From positions 327,126-391,125 of the forward strand of contig JBAZBR010000001.1 in NCBI GenBank assembly GCA_041671325.1: a stretch of DNA of 64,000 bases. The letters are read 5' to 3'. A model generated the notes under the pieces. That model was not told the origin of the DNA, did no database searches, and worked only from the letters and a program-made list of their open reading frames with translations. Source of the stretch: Patescibacteria group bacterium. Lineage in GTDB: Bacteria; Patescibacteriota; Patescibacteriia; PEXW01. Of this stretch, positions 19,982 through 29,368 are shown one piece after another. Position 1 is the stretch's first letter. The number at the start of each line of letters is the position of its first letter. Position numbers and translations under genes: made by a program.

Positions 19982-21319
19982 TTAAGGCAAGTAGTCCAAC
20001 GGATTAACTGGAATACCATTTAACCGAACTTCAAAATGCAAATGAGCGCCAGTAGTCAACCTGCCTGATCCAGGCGTACCTGGCAAGCCACCGCTCAAAC
20101 CAATAATTTGCCCTTTTTTGACATAAGTGTCTTCGGCAACATTAATCTGGCTTACGTGTCCGTATACTGTAGAAATGCTGTTTGAATGAACAAGCATAAT
20201 ATAGCTGTAGCCAAATCCCCCATTCTTTGCTCTAGCTACATAGCCATCATCCACTGCGGCGATAGCCGTCCCTTGGTTGATCGGGATATCAATCGCTGGA
20301 TGTTCAAAATATTTTCGATAAGGGTAAGTCGGGTCATGAAAATATGCGCTTATACCCTTGCCTGGTGATATTGGCCAAGCCAGTTGAACATTCCGGTTGC
20401 CAGTAAAAATTGAAAGTTGATCCGCACTGTTTGTATTTTGATCCCCAAGTCTTGATTTTAATTTTTCTTGGAGGTTTCGAATATCATAATCCGCATTTAA
20501 TTGTTCCTGCTTAGATTGCTCTAAGAGATTGCTGTAGACCTGTTCATTGGATTTGGTTTCGTCTAGTATTTTGCCTTTATATTGTTTTTGTTCGTCAAGG
20601 TTTACGATAGTGCCTTCTAAATCTTTCTGTAAACCCTGTAATTCTAATTTTTGCCTTTCTCTTTCATTTTTTTCTCTTTCTAAATTACTTTTTACTGACC
20701 TAAGCTCATTTAAGGAATCTGAAACCTCATTTTGCAGGCTTGAGGTTGCACGAATATCATTAATAACTTCAGAAAATGAACTATGGGCAATCAACATTTC
20801 TAATTGGCCTTGCCTATCATAACGGTTAATAGTCCTGACTAAATCCTCTAAATAAGATCTTTGCTTTTTTAAATCATTTTCTTTGCCATCAATTGCTTTT
20901 TGGGTTGCACTGACTTGAAGCTGTTTTTCTTCAATCGTAAAGCCTAGGGCCTGAGTATCCAACTGGGTTTTTTCAATTTGCGCTTCTAAAAGTGACAATT
21001 CATTATTTAAGCTAGCTGCAGTTTTTTGCTTTTCAGCAATTATTTCCTTATATTTCTGAAGTCTTTCTTCAATTAATTTTTTCTGATCTTGCTTTTCCTG
21101 AATATTTTTATTAAGCTCATCAGTTGTAAAATTTTCTAAATCCGTGGTTAAAATTTGAGGAGCTATAATTTGCGTATTTGTATTATCCCCTATTATTGAA
21201 TTGGTATTTTGGTTCTGATTGGCTAATTGGGCTATTCCAAAGCTTGGGTACGCCAAAAAAGCACTCATAATGAGGGCTAAGCCGATTTTTACTGGTTTTT
21301 GTAGTTTATTTTTGATCAT
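19982..21319 (-). CDS. M23 family metallopeptidase with an N-terminal coiled coil (EnvC-like).
   Basis: Signal peptide and a long coiled-coil region. C-terminal M23 motifs HPAIDI and TGAHLHFEV. Confidence 0.85.
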   Translation of the reverse strand: MIKNKLQKPVKIGLALIMSAFLAYPSFGIAQLANQNQNTNSIIGDNTNTQIIAPQILTTDLENFTTDELNKNIQEKQDQKKLIEERLQKYKEIIAEKQKTAASLNNELSLLEAQIEKTQLDTQALGFTIEEKQLQVSATQKAIDGKENDLKKQRSYLEDLVRTINRYDRQGQLEMLIAHSSFSEVINDIRATSSLQNEVSDSLNELRSVKSNLEREKNERERQKLELQGLQKDLEGTIVNLDEQKQYKGKILDETKSNEQVYSNLLEQSKQEQLNADYDIRNLQEKLKSRLGDQNTNSADQLSIFTGNRNVQLAWPISPGKGISAYFHDPTYPYRKYFEHPAIDIPINQGTAIAAVDDGYVARAKNGGFGYSYIMLVHSNSISTVYGHVSQINVAEDTYVKKGQIIGLSGGLPGTPGSGRLTTGAHLHFEVRLNGIPVNPLDYLP

Positions 21320-21358
21320 AGCAAAAGCACTATATCACAAATTGCCAATAAAATCAAG

Positions 21359-22816
21359 TCATTTTAAAGAATTGATCGCATTATCTATCCTAGATAGGGT
21401 TTTGCCTTTCCCCAGCGCATAAGCAATATCAAAAACATCAGGACTTTTTTCCAAACCTGATAAAGCAACTCTTAATGGCCAGAGCATTTCTTGGTTAGAT
21501 TTGCCATTAAGCTTGATCCATTTGATAGTTTTTTCCTTGATTTTCAAGGCAGAAAGCCATTCCTCTGGTCCTAATTCAGTAAGATAATTCTTAATATTTA
21601 TTAGATTAGTTTTAGTAATATTAGCTTCAGCGTCTTTGGGGATTAATAATTCAGGTTTATAAGCAATATCGTCAGTGATCAAAAAACTGATGAGTTTAGG
21701 AATGTCAGAATTTTTTTCAGCCCTTTCCAGAGCCATGGGTAAATATTTTTTTAATTCTGAACTATCAAGTTTTAAATCAATCTTTTTTGCTAAATCTCCT
21801 ATCGGATATTGTTTTAAGTGTTCATGATTTAAAAAGTTCAATTTTTTTACTTCAAATATTGCCCCAGCTTTGTTTATTTTATTAATTTCAAAATCTTCGA
21901 TCATCTCATCAGGAGTTAGGTAAAATTCCCGGTTATTTTTTGGATTCCAACCCAGCAATGCGATGAAATTTAATATAGCATTGGGCAAATATTCCTTTAA
22001 ATAATCTTTTGCTGCTGTATCACCGTCACGCTTGGATAATTTTTTGTGAGTAGGACTTAGCATTAATGGCAAATGCGCAAATTCCGGCGGTTGCCAATTA
22101 AAAGTCTTATAGATTAAAAAATGCAAGGGTAAAGAAGGCAGCCATTCTTCACCGCGAATGACATGGCTGATTTCCATCAAATGATCATCGACAACATTGG
22201 CTAAATGATAGGTCGGAAAGCCGTCAGATTTTTGCAAGACCGCATCTTCCAAGACGATATGGTTAAAACTCACTTGACCTCGGATTAAGTCAATAATTTC
22301 AGTTTTTCCTTCTCTTGGCATCATAAACCTTACGACAAAATTCATGCCCGCCTTGATATTCCTTTCTATTTCAGCATTTGGAAGGTTGCGGCAGAAGCCA
22401 TCATAACCAGGAGGCAAATTTTGTTTTTCCTGGCTTTGCCTTAAAGCATTTAACCTTTCGGTGGTGCAAAAACAACGGTAAGCACTCCCCTGCTCTAGTA
22501 ATTCCTTGGTTGCTTTTTTGTAGTGTTCCAATCTTTTTGATTGGACGTAGGGACCATGATTGCCTTTTTCTTCAAGATTATTTCCAACCAAAATTGGACC
22601 CTCATCATAAGCGAGCCCATAAGCATTCAGAATGGTAATTATTTCTTCCAAGGCTCCGGGCACTGTTCTTTTTTGGTCAGTATCTTCAATCCTCAGGATA
22701 AAAGCCCCGTGATTTTTTTTTGCAAATAAGTAATTATATAATGCCGTCCTTAAGCCGCCGATATGCATGCTCCCGGTTGGTGAGGGAGCGAATCTGACCC
22801 GAATTTTGTTTATCAT
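21359..22816 (-). CDS. gltX: Glutamyl-tRNA synthetase.
   Basis: FAPSPTGSMHIGGLRTAL (HIGH motif) and KLSKR (KMSKS motif). Confidence 0.9.
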   Translation of the reverse strand: MINKIRVRFAPSPTGSMHIGGLRTALYNYLFAKKNHGAFILRIEDTDQKRTVPGALEEIITILNAYGLAYDEGPILVGNNLEEKGNHGPYVQSKRLEHYKKATKELLEQGSAYRCFCTTERLNALRQSQEKQNLPPGYDGFCRNLPNAEIERNIKAGMNFVVRFMMPREGKTEIIDLIRGQVSFNHIVLEDAVLQKSDGFPTYHLANVVDDHLMEISHVIRGEEWLPSLPLHFLIYKTFNWQPPEFAHLPLMLSPTHKKLSKRDGDTAAKDYLKEYLPNAILNFIALLGWNPKNNREFYLTPDEMIEDFEINKINKAGAIFEVKKLNFLNHEHLKQYPIGDLAKKIDLKLDSSELKKYLPMALERAEKNSDIPKLISFLITDDIAYKPELLIPKDAEANITKTNLINIKNYLTELGPEEWLSALKIKEKTIKWIKLNGKSNQEMLWPLRVALSGLEKSPDVFDIAYALGKGKTLSRIDNAINSLK

Positions 22817-23517
22817 AATTTAAATGAAATTGTATGCCAAAAACCAAAAGTAGCGTTCCAAATCCTTTTTAACCTTTTTGGATGGGTTATCAGCCTCCAA
22901 AGCCATTCTAAGCCTAATTGCCTAAAAAACCTAGGTGCTCTTTTCCTGGCCCCGGTAATAAAATCTACAGCTCCGCCAACCCCAATCGCAATTTTACAAT
23001 TTAAAGCATTTTTATTTTCGAATATCCAATTTTCTTGCATGGTTTGGCCTAAAGTTAAAAAAAGCAGGCTTAGATTTTGATTATTGATATCCTGAATCGT
23101 TGTTTCGTTTTGGTAAAAAATATAAATCTGAATTTGTGGAAATAATTTTAAAAATGCTTGTCTTATTTCATCTTCACTTGATAAGCCATTGGCTGATAAA
23201 AAGATGCCAACTTTAAGGTTATGCTTTTCGGCATAAGCGCATAAATCATGCATTATATCAACGCCTGGATAGCGCAATATTTTTTTTGCATATTTTTTTA
23301 ACGCCCAAGCCAAGCCAAAGCCATCAACTATCACTAATTCACAAGAATTGTTCAGGTTTATTAAGCCCACATTTTTACCGGCCTTTACTATAAATTCTGG
23401 ATTTAAAGTCAGGACCTGTTTGCAGCCGTTGGTCTGTAGACAATTGATAAGAGTTTGAAAAATTTGATCTTTATCGCCAATATCAATATTAAAACCTTTA
23501 TAATTTATCCTTTGCAT
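22813..23517 (-). CDS. WecB/TagA/CpsF family glycosyltransferase (GT26).
   Basis: About 230 aa with family-typical stretches (VGIFLSANG ... IAIGVGGAVDFITG). Confidence 0.7.
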   Translation of the reverse strand: MQRINYKGFNIDIGDKDQIFQTLINCLQTNGCKQVLTLNPEFIVKAGKNVGLINLNNSCELVIVDGFGLAWALKKYAKKILRYPGVDIMHDLCAYAEKHNLKVGIFLSANGLSSEDEIRQAFLKLFPQIQIYIFYQNETTIQDINNQNLSLLFLTLGQTMQENWIFENKNALNCKIAIGVGGAVDFITGARKRAPRFFRQLGLEWLWRLITHPKRLKRIWNATFGFWHTISFKL

Positions 23518-23600
23518 ACAATTAAATTAAAGAATTTTAGTAATTTAAGCAAGCATCAATCCTTGCAATTTATTAAAATTTTTTGTAGAGTATTAACACT

Positions 23601-24986
23601 ATGAAAATTAAAGCAATATTAAGCCTGAGCTTTTGTTTTAGCGGATTTTTGTTGTTAATTTCAGCAAACGCGGTTTTTGCTGCTTTTAATCCCGGCCGGA
23701 TTATAAGTGATGAAGAGTTTATCGATTCAGGCAGTATGAGCGTTGCCGATGTCCAGAACTTTTTAGCCAGGCGAGGCGGAACTTTGGCAAATAGGCAAAT
23801 TGAAGATTTTAATAAAGTTACTAAACCGGTTAGCGAGGCAATTATTGAAATCGGTAAATTATATAATATTAATCCGAAAGTAATCTTGGTGACTTTACAA
23901 AAAGAATCAAGCCTTTTAACCCATCAGGCTCCATCCCAAAGATTGCTTGATTATGCCATGGGATATGGTTGTCCTGACAGTGGCGGTTGCAGCACAAAAG
24001 CAGCCGGTTTTTACCGGCAAATGGATTTTGCTACTTGGCAATTTAGGCAATATTTTGATTTACCAGGAAATTATTCCTTTAAAGCCGGCGGCACCTATAC
24101 TTTTACGGATTTAAGCGGATCAAAAATTTCAACAGTCATCATTGAAAATCAAGCTACGGCTGGACTGTATAATTACACCCCACATGTTTATAACGGTAAT
24201 TATAATTTTTACACCCTTTATAACCAATGGTTTGCCAAAATTTACCCCGATGGCTCTTTGGTTAGAGTCGGCAAATCACCTGGCATTTGGTTGATCCAAA
24301 ATGGCGAACGTAGAGCAATCCAAACTCGTGCCGCTTTTGTAACTCGTTTTGGCGGTGATTATTCAAAAGTTTTGCCAATAACACAAGATGCTTTGGAAAA
24401 TTATCCTCGCGGAGTAAATATAAGACTGCCAAATTATTCTTTAGTTAGAACCCCAGATATGCAAATTTATTTGTTAAGCGGCGATGAGAAAAGATTGATT
24501 CAATCCCAGGAAATCTTTAAAAATTTAGGGTTTAACCCTGAAGAAGTTGAAGACGTTTCTTTTGAGGATCTGACTGATTATTTAGACGGGATTCAAGTCT
24601 CCAATGCAAGCGCCTACCCAGCTGGTGCTTTAGTGCAGATAAAAGGCAGTGGTGTAGTCTGGATTGAACAAGGCGTATGGTATCCGATTTTAGATAAATC
24701 AATATTAAAATCAAGGTTCCCAAACCGCCGCCCAACCTTGACCATAACCAACGAAGAGTTAAATAAATATTCAAAAGGTCAGCCTTTAAAGCTTAGGGAT
24801 GGTGAATTAGTTCAAGTCAAAGGCGAGGCAGGAATTTCAGTAATTTCTAATGGTTTACGCAGGGGCATACCTTCCCGTGAACTATTGAAACAATTTGGAT
24901 ATAACAAAAAGAATATAATACTTATCAATAGTCGCGTAGCTGAATTGCATCCAGTGGGTGAAAAGTTAAATAATGCTAATTTGTAA
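23601..24986 (+). CDS. Secreted protein with four tandem ~50-aa repeats, possibly cell-wall associated.
   Basis: Signal peptide. The C-terminal half has four repeats sharing G-x-RR-x-I ... F-x-x-G-(Y/F). Confidence 0.6.
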   Translation: MKIKAILSLSFCFSGFLLLISANAVFAAFNPGRIISDEEFIDSGSMSVADVQNFLARRGGTLANRQIEDFNKVTKPVSEAIIEIGKLYNINPKVILVTLQKESSLLTHQAPSQRLLDYAMGYGCPDSGGCSTKAAGFYRQMDFATWQFRQYFDLPGNYSFKAGGTYTFTDLSGSKISTVIIENQATAGLYNYTPHVYNGNYNFYTLYNQWFAKIYPDGSLVRVGKSPGIWLIQNGERRAIQTRAAFVTRFGGDYSKVLPITQDALENYPRGVNIRLPNYSLVRTPDMQIYLLSGDEKRLIQSQEIFKNLGFNPEEVEDVSFEDLTDYLDGIQVSNASAYPAGALVQIKGSGVVWIEQGVWYPILDKSILKSRFPNRRPTLTITNEELNKYSKGQPLKLRDGELVQVKGEAGISVISNGLRRGIPSRELLKQFGYNKKNIILINSRVAELHPVGEKLNNANL

Positions 24987-24988
24987 TT

Positions 24989-25783
24989 ATGGGCATTATC
25001 TTATCGGCACTAGTCCCCCATTCTCCACTTCTATTGCCGACTATTCACGAATCGAAAAAAAAGGCCTTAACCGAGCTAAGTTCTGCCTTTAAAAACTTGG
25101 CTGAAATTTTGCATTCCCAAAAAGTAGACATTATAATTTGTTTTAATCCGCATGCAACTAGCGTTGGTAATGTCTATACTTTTAACTTGGCAAAAGTATA
25201 TAAGGCAAATTTTGCTGAATTTGGCGATTTAACAACGAGTACGCAGGCTTTTGGTTCCCCGATTTTTACTTATCATCTTAAGGAATTAATGGAATCAACT
25301 TGGCCGGTTTCCACAATTATTAAGGAAGAGATTAATTATGGGGCTGGCATTCCTATTTTGCATCTGAATAATTTATTAAATGAAGTCAAATGGAGTTTAA
25401 TTTCAACTCGAAAAGCCAGTTTAAGAGAACATTTTGATTTTGGAATTAAACTGCAAAAAGAATTAATAAACTCAAATTTCAGGATAGCGGTCATTGCATC
25501 TGGTGACGTAGTCACTGGAATTACGGAGGCGTCGCCTGAGGGCGTACTTCCTGATGCTCAAATTTTTTATAATAATTGGAATAATGCTTTTAATAATAAT
25601 TCCTTAAAAGAATTTTTATTTTCGTTAGATCAAAAAACTATTGCCAAAGTAATGTCGTGCGGCGCTTACAGCTTAGCCCAGATGCTCGGGACTATTAATA
25701 GCCTTAATACTAAAGTTGAAACTTTATATAATAAAGCTCCATTTGGAATTGGCTATCAATTAAGTATTTGGCAACCACAATGA
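24989..25783 (+). CDS. LigB/Memo-like class III extradiol dioxygenase family protein.
   Basis: N-terminal LVPHSPLLLP pattern and about 260 aa, as in LigB/AmmeMemoRadiSam protein B. Low certainty. Confidence 0.4.
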   Translation: MGIILSALVPHSPLLLPTIHESKKKALTELSSAFKNLAEILHSQKVDIIICFNPHATSVGNVYTFNLAKVYKANFAEFGDLTTSTQAFGSPIFTYHLKELMESTWPVSTIIKEEINYGAGIPILHLNNLLNEVKWSLISTRKASLREHFDFGIKLQKELINSNFRIAVIASGDVVTGITEASPEGVLPDAQIFYNNWNNAFNNNSLKEFLFSLDQKTIAKVMSCGAYSLAQMLGTINSLNTKVETLYNKAPFGIGYQLSIWQPQ

Positions 25784-25973
25784 TTAGATACCAACATTTC
25801 ATTTCAAAAAATAAGCTGCCTGCACTGTAAAAGTTAAATTAAGAAACAATCAAGACTGCAATATTTGTGGGGTCAATTTTGGCTTAGGTCAATGCCTGGG
25901 CGGTTTTAAAGCGACAATAAAAGAAAATTAAACAAATATAGCATATATTCCCATAATTTTGTAAGATTAAAGC

Positions 25974-27716
25974 ATGCAAAATAATTTATTTTCAGTTGTC
26001 CCCTTAAGAAGATTACCGAAAAAGTTGTCTTTATTGGATTATCAATTTTCAAAAAAGGGTCAAAACCCTGATATCGGTGAAGTAGTCGAAATTCCTTTTG
26101 GCAAGCAAGCAATCAGGGGAGTGGTTTGGAATATTTTAAAAAAAGAAACCATCGATTTGAAAAAAATAAAATATTTGTCAAAACAGAAAAATTTTGAAAA
26201 ACTTTCAAGATTTCAAATTTTATTGAGTAATTGGCTTGCTGAGAACACCCTAACTCCCATAAGTCAAGTTTTATTAGGCATTACGCCAGATATAAAAGCA
26301 AGTGAATACTCTTTAAATCCAAGCAAAATCCAAGCAAAATTGTTTATTGCCCAAAATTTGCATGAAAGAGAAAAATTAATAAAAATTTGGTTAAAAAAAG
26401 TTAAGAAGGAAAATTATCCTAGTTTGGTTGTGATTCCAGCTTATCAGTATGCGGAAACTTGGCTAAAAAATTTTCCTGAAAATTCAATTTTTATACATTC
26501 AAAACTTTCAAAAAAAGAAAAGCTAAATGCCTTGCAAAAAATTCATAAAGTGAAATTAATTATCGTAACTCATAGTGGTTTGCTTTATCCCCTACCCCGC
26601 TTGGCCAGGGTAATAATTGATCAGGCTGATGACGATGGATACTTCGCCTTTGATCAAGCCCCAAGATTGGATGTTAGAAAGTTAGCCCAAGCAGTTGCAT
26701 ATATTCAAGGGGTGAATTTAACTTTATTAGCAAGGTGGCAAAGTCCTACGATTTTAAGTTTTAACCCAGTTTTAAAATTTAGAAAGATTAGTGAAAATTT
26801 AAAACCAATCATTATCGACAGAAACTTAGAATCTTTTGAAGAAAAAAAAGTTTATATAAATCAATCAGTTCTGGATCGAGTGGCAAACGGGAAAAACTTT
26901 TGGTTAGTTTTCCGCAAAGAAGAAGCAAGGTTATTAATTTGTGACGATTGCAAACTGCCAGTCTTTTGCCCAAAATGCAAAAATCCTTTAACGCCATCAA
27001 CGGGTTGTAACGGCGATAAACTCCTTAAATGCAAAATCGATAATTTAACAGTATTACCGCCTGAAATTTGCCCTAATTGTCATGGTTCAAATTTGAAATT
27101 AAAAGGCTTGGGCATCCAAAAAATTTCGCAAATATTAAAAAATATAATTAAAGATGGCAACATCTTGATTTTTGAGAAAAACAGCAAGGCTATAGCTCTT
27201 GATAATATTAAAAATATTGTCGGTACTTCAGCTATAACCAGGTATTTAAATGTTAAATTTGATAATTTAATAATTTTAAATCCCGAAACTGCCCGTAATA
27301 ACAGCGAATATCGCAATGAAGAATCGATAATAAATTCAATAATATCGGTAGCTCAGCACTTAAAGCCAAAAAACAGTTTTTTTATACAAACATATGAAAA
27401 AGAAAATTCAATTGCCAATTCACTGGTAAACCTAGATGAAACTGCCAACAGGATTTCAAAAGAACGGAAAAACTTTAATTACCCTCCTTTTGGAACGCTT
27501 ATATCATTAAAAACAAATTCAAGAAACAATATTGCTAAAATTCCCCTCAGTTCTTATGTCCGAAAACAAATAAGCCAAAAATTTAACCTAATTGAAAATC
27601 CTGGTAATTTTTTGATAAAAGGCCCTCTAAATGACTTTGATTGGATATTAAAGATTTTAAATGAAAATTTACCAGAGGATTATATGGTTAAGGTCAATCC
27701 ACCCTCAATCAGCTGA
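25974..27716 (+). CDS. priA: Primosomal protein N' (PriA)-like protein lacking a recognisable Walker A motif.
   Basis: N-terminal 3'-DNA-binding-domain-like stretch (DIGEVVEIPFGKQAIRGVVW). PriA-type CxxC zinc clusters (CDDCKLPVFCPKCKN ... CPNCHG). No GxxGSGKT P-loop. Confidence 0.6.
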   Translation: MQNNLFSVVPLRRLPKKLSLLDYQFSKKGQNPDIGEVVEIPFGKQAIRGVVWNILKKETIDLKKIKYLSKQKNFEKLSRFQILLSNWLAENTLTPISQVLLGITPDIKASEYSLNPSKIQAKLFIAQNLHEREKLIKIWLKKVKKENYPSLVVIPAYQYAETWLKNFPENSIFIHSKLSKKEKLNALQKIHKVKLIIVTHSGLLYPLPRLARVIIDQADDDGYFAFDQAPRLDVRKLAQAVAYIQGVNLTLLARWQSPTILSFNPVLKFRKISENLKPIIIDRNLESFEEKKVYINQSVLDRVANGKNFWLVFRKEEARLLICDDCKLPVFCPKCKNPLTPSTGCNGDKLLKCKIDNLTVLPPEICPNCHGSNLKLKGLGIQKISQILKNIIKDGNILIFEKNSKAIALDNIKNIVGTSAITRYLNVKFDNLIILNPETARNNSEYRNEESIINSIISVAQHLKPKNSFFIQTYEKENSIANSLVNLDETANRISKERKNFNYPPFGTLISLKTNSRNNIAKIPLSSYVRKQISQKFNLIENPGNFLIKGPLNDFDWILKILNENLPEDYMVKVNPPSIS

Positions 27717-27725
27717 GGAGCCTGG

Positions 27726-27922
27726 CCCCGCACCACTTTCTAATAATAGTTACGGTTATAAGTTTTAGGTGTAAACATCCGTATCGTCGGTAGTCGTGGT
27801 TTTAAGGATTTTTCTATATCCCTATAACTACAGCGATATCCCTGCCCGCCATTGCCGAACCTTAAGCGAAGGCGGCGGAGAAATCTACAACCAAAACCAA
27901 ATCCCTATAAAAGTGGTGTGCG
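27726..27922. ncRNA. Candidate structured non-coding RNA or leader element. Class and strand unknown.
   Basis: About 200-nt GC-enriched non-coding segment closed by a long-range inverted repeat (CCGCACCACTTT ... AAAGTGGTGTGCGG). No tRNA, tmRNA, SRP or RNase P hallmarks seen. Confidence 0.2.
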
Positions 27923-27923
27923 G

Positions 27924-27952
27924 TTGACAAAATAGATTTTTCATTTAGTATT
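27924..27952 (+). promoter_or_regulatory. Putative promoter of def-fmt. It may give a leaderless mRNA.
   Basis: TTGACA, 17 bp, TAGTAT. The -10 ends 5 bp before the def ATG. Confidence 0.4.
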
Positions 27953-27957
27953 TAAAA

Positions 27958-28440
27958 ATGGCAATTAAAAAAATAATCACTATCCCAAATCAAATTTTGA
28001 GAGCGCCAACTACATTAGTCGATCCTTTTTTGGTTAATCAAAAGAGCTTTAAGCTTTTAATTGAAGATTTAATGGATTCGATGTTAAGTTCTGATGGCAT
28101 TGGCATTGCCGCCACGCAAATCGGTTCGAATTTAAAGGTTTGCATTATTAATACTAAGGATAAGCCATTGGTCTTGATAAACCCCGCAATTGCCAAATTT
28201 TCATGGCGTAAGGCAATAATGGAAGAGGGTTGCCTTTCGGTACCAGGGGTTTGGGGTTTAGTAAAAAGGTCAAAAAAAATTACTGTCCAAACTATGAATG
28301 ATAAAGGTGAACAAAAAATATTTGAAGCCAAAGACATGTTTGCGCGAGTAATTCAACATGAGATTGATCATTTGAATGGGATTTTATTTATTGATAAAAC
28401 CTTAAAATACACCCAAGGTGAACCACCAAAAAATTCCTAA
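27958..28440 (+). CDS. def: Peptide deformylase.
   Basis: GIGIAATQIG, EGCLSVPG and HEIDHLNG, the three deformylase motifs. Confidence 0.92.
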   Translation: MAIKKIITIPNQILRAPTTLVDPFLVNQKSFKLLIEDLMDSMLSSDGIGIAATQIGSNLKVCIINTKDKPLVLINPAIAKFSWRKAIMEEGCLSVPGVWGLVKRSKKITVQTMNDKGEQKIFEAKDMFARVIQHEIDHLNGILFIDKTLKYTQGEPPKNS

Positions 28441-29368
28441 AAAGTGGCGGGTACTATTTGCCGGCACACCGAGTTATGCGATTCCGTCTCTAGCTGCCCT
28501 TTTAGGTTTGCCAAACATCGAAGTTGTTGGTGTTTTAACCCAAAAATCCAAACCTGCAGGTAGGGGCCAGGTTCCTAAATCTAGCCCGATTGAAGTTTAT
28601 GCAAAGGAAAAAGATTTATTTATTCTTTCTCCTGATTCCTTGAAAGACAATGATATTTTAGCCTTATTAAATTCATTCAAAGCTGATTGTGCAATTGTGA
28701 TTGCTTACGGGAAAATTATCCCCGAAAACTTACTAAATCTCTTGCCTTACGGTTGGTTAAATCTACATGCTTCACTTTTACCTCGATGGCGAGGCGCTTC
28801 GCCGATCCAATATGCCATCACTTCAGGCGATAAAAAAACCGGTGTAACCCTAATGAAAATTGATAAGGGCATGGACACGGGCCCAATTTTGATTTCAGAA
28901 GAATTACCAATTTTAAAAACTGAGACCAGCTTAAGTTTGGCAAAAAAACTATCTGATTTAAGCGCTGAAATTATTAATAAAAATTTGTTGGCTTATTTAC
29001 TTGGAAAATTAAATACCATAAATCAGCCAGAAGTGGGTATTACTATGGCACCAAAAATTGAAAAAATAGACGGTAAATTAACCTGGTACGAACCAGCGGA
29101 ATTAATAGAAAGGAAAATCAGGGCGCTTAATCCATGGCCAGGGACTTATACCACTTGGCAAAATCAAAAACTAGCAATATTTGAAGCTGAACTGGTGAAT
29201 ATAAAAAATGAAGTAAGCAAAGTTAGCAAAAACCCATCGGGCTGTATTATTGGCACGTCAAATGGCTCAATTATTCCAAAAAAAGTCCAATTGCCTGGCA
29301 AAAAAGTCTTAGAGATAAATGAATTCCTCAGGGGCCATCAAAATTTTATTGGCTCTTTTTTAGGTTAA
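28418..29368 (+). CDS. fmt: Methionyl-tRNA formyltransferase.
   Basis: N-terminal formyltransferase fold (VLFAGTP ... HASLLPRWRGASPIQ) plus a C-terminal domain. It overlaps def by 23 nt. Confidence 0.88.
   Translation: MNHQKIPKKWRVLFAGTPSYAIPSLAALLGLPNIEVVGVLTQKSKPAGRGQVPKSSPIEVYAKEKDLFILSPDSLKDNDILALLNSFKADCAIVIAYGKIIPENLLNLLPYGWLNLHASLLPRWRGASPIQYAITSGDKKTGVTLMKIDKGMDTGPILISEELPILKTETSLSLAKKLSDLSAEIINKNLLAYLLGKLNTINQPEVGITMAPKIEKIDGKLTWYEPAELIERKIRALNPWPGTYTTWQNQKLAIFEAELVNIKNEVSKVSKNPSGCIIGTSNGSIIPKKVQLPGKKVLEINEFLRGHQNFIGSFLG

Noticed and set aside
27726-27922. Attempted assignment of the GC-rich def-upstream segment to tmRNA, SRP RNA, RNase P RNA or a tRNA.
   Set aside because: The hallmark motifs are not present on either strand: the tRNA-like GGTTCGAATCC T-loop with CCA-proximal acceptor pairing, the SRP domain IV GGAAG/AGCAGC, and the RNase P GGAAAGUCCGGGC. 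Kept only as an unclassified ncRNA candidate.
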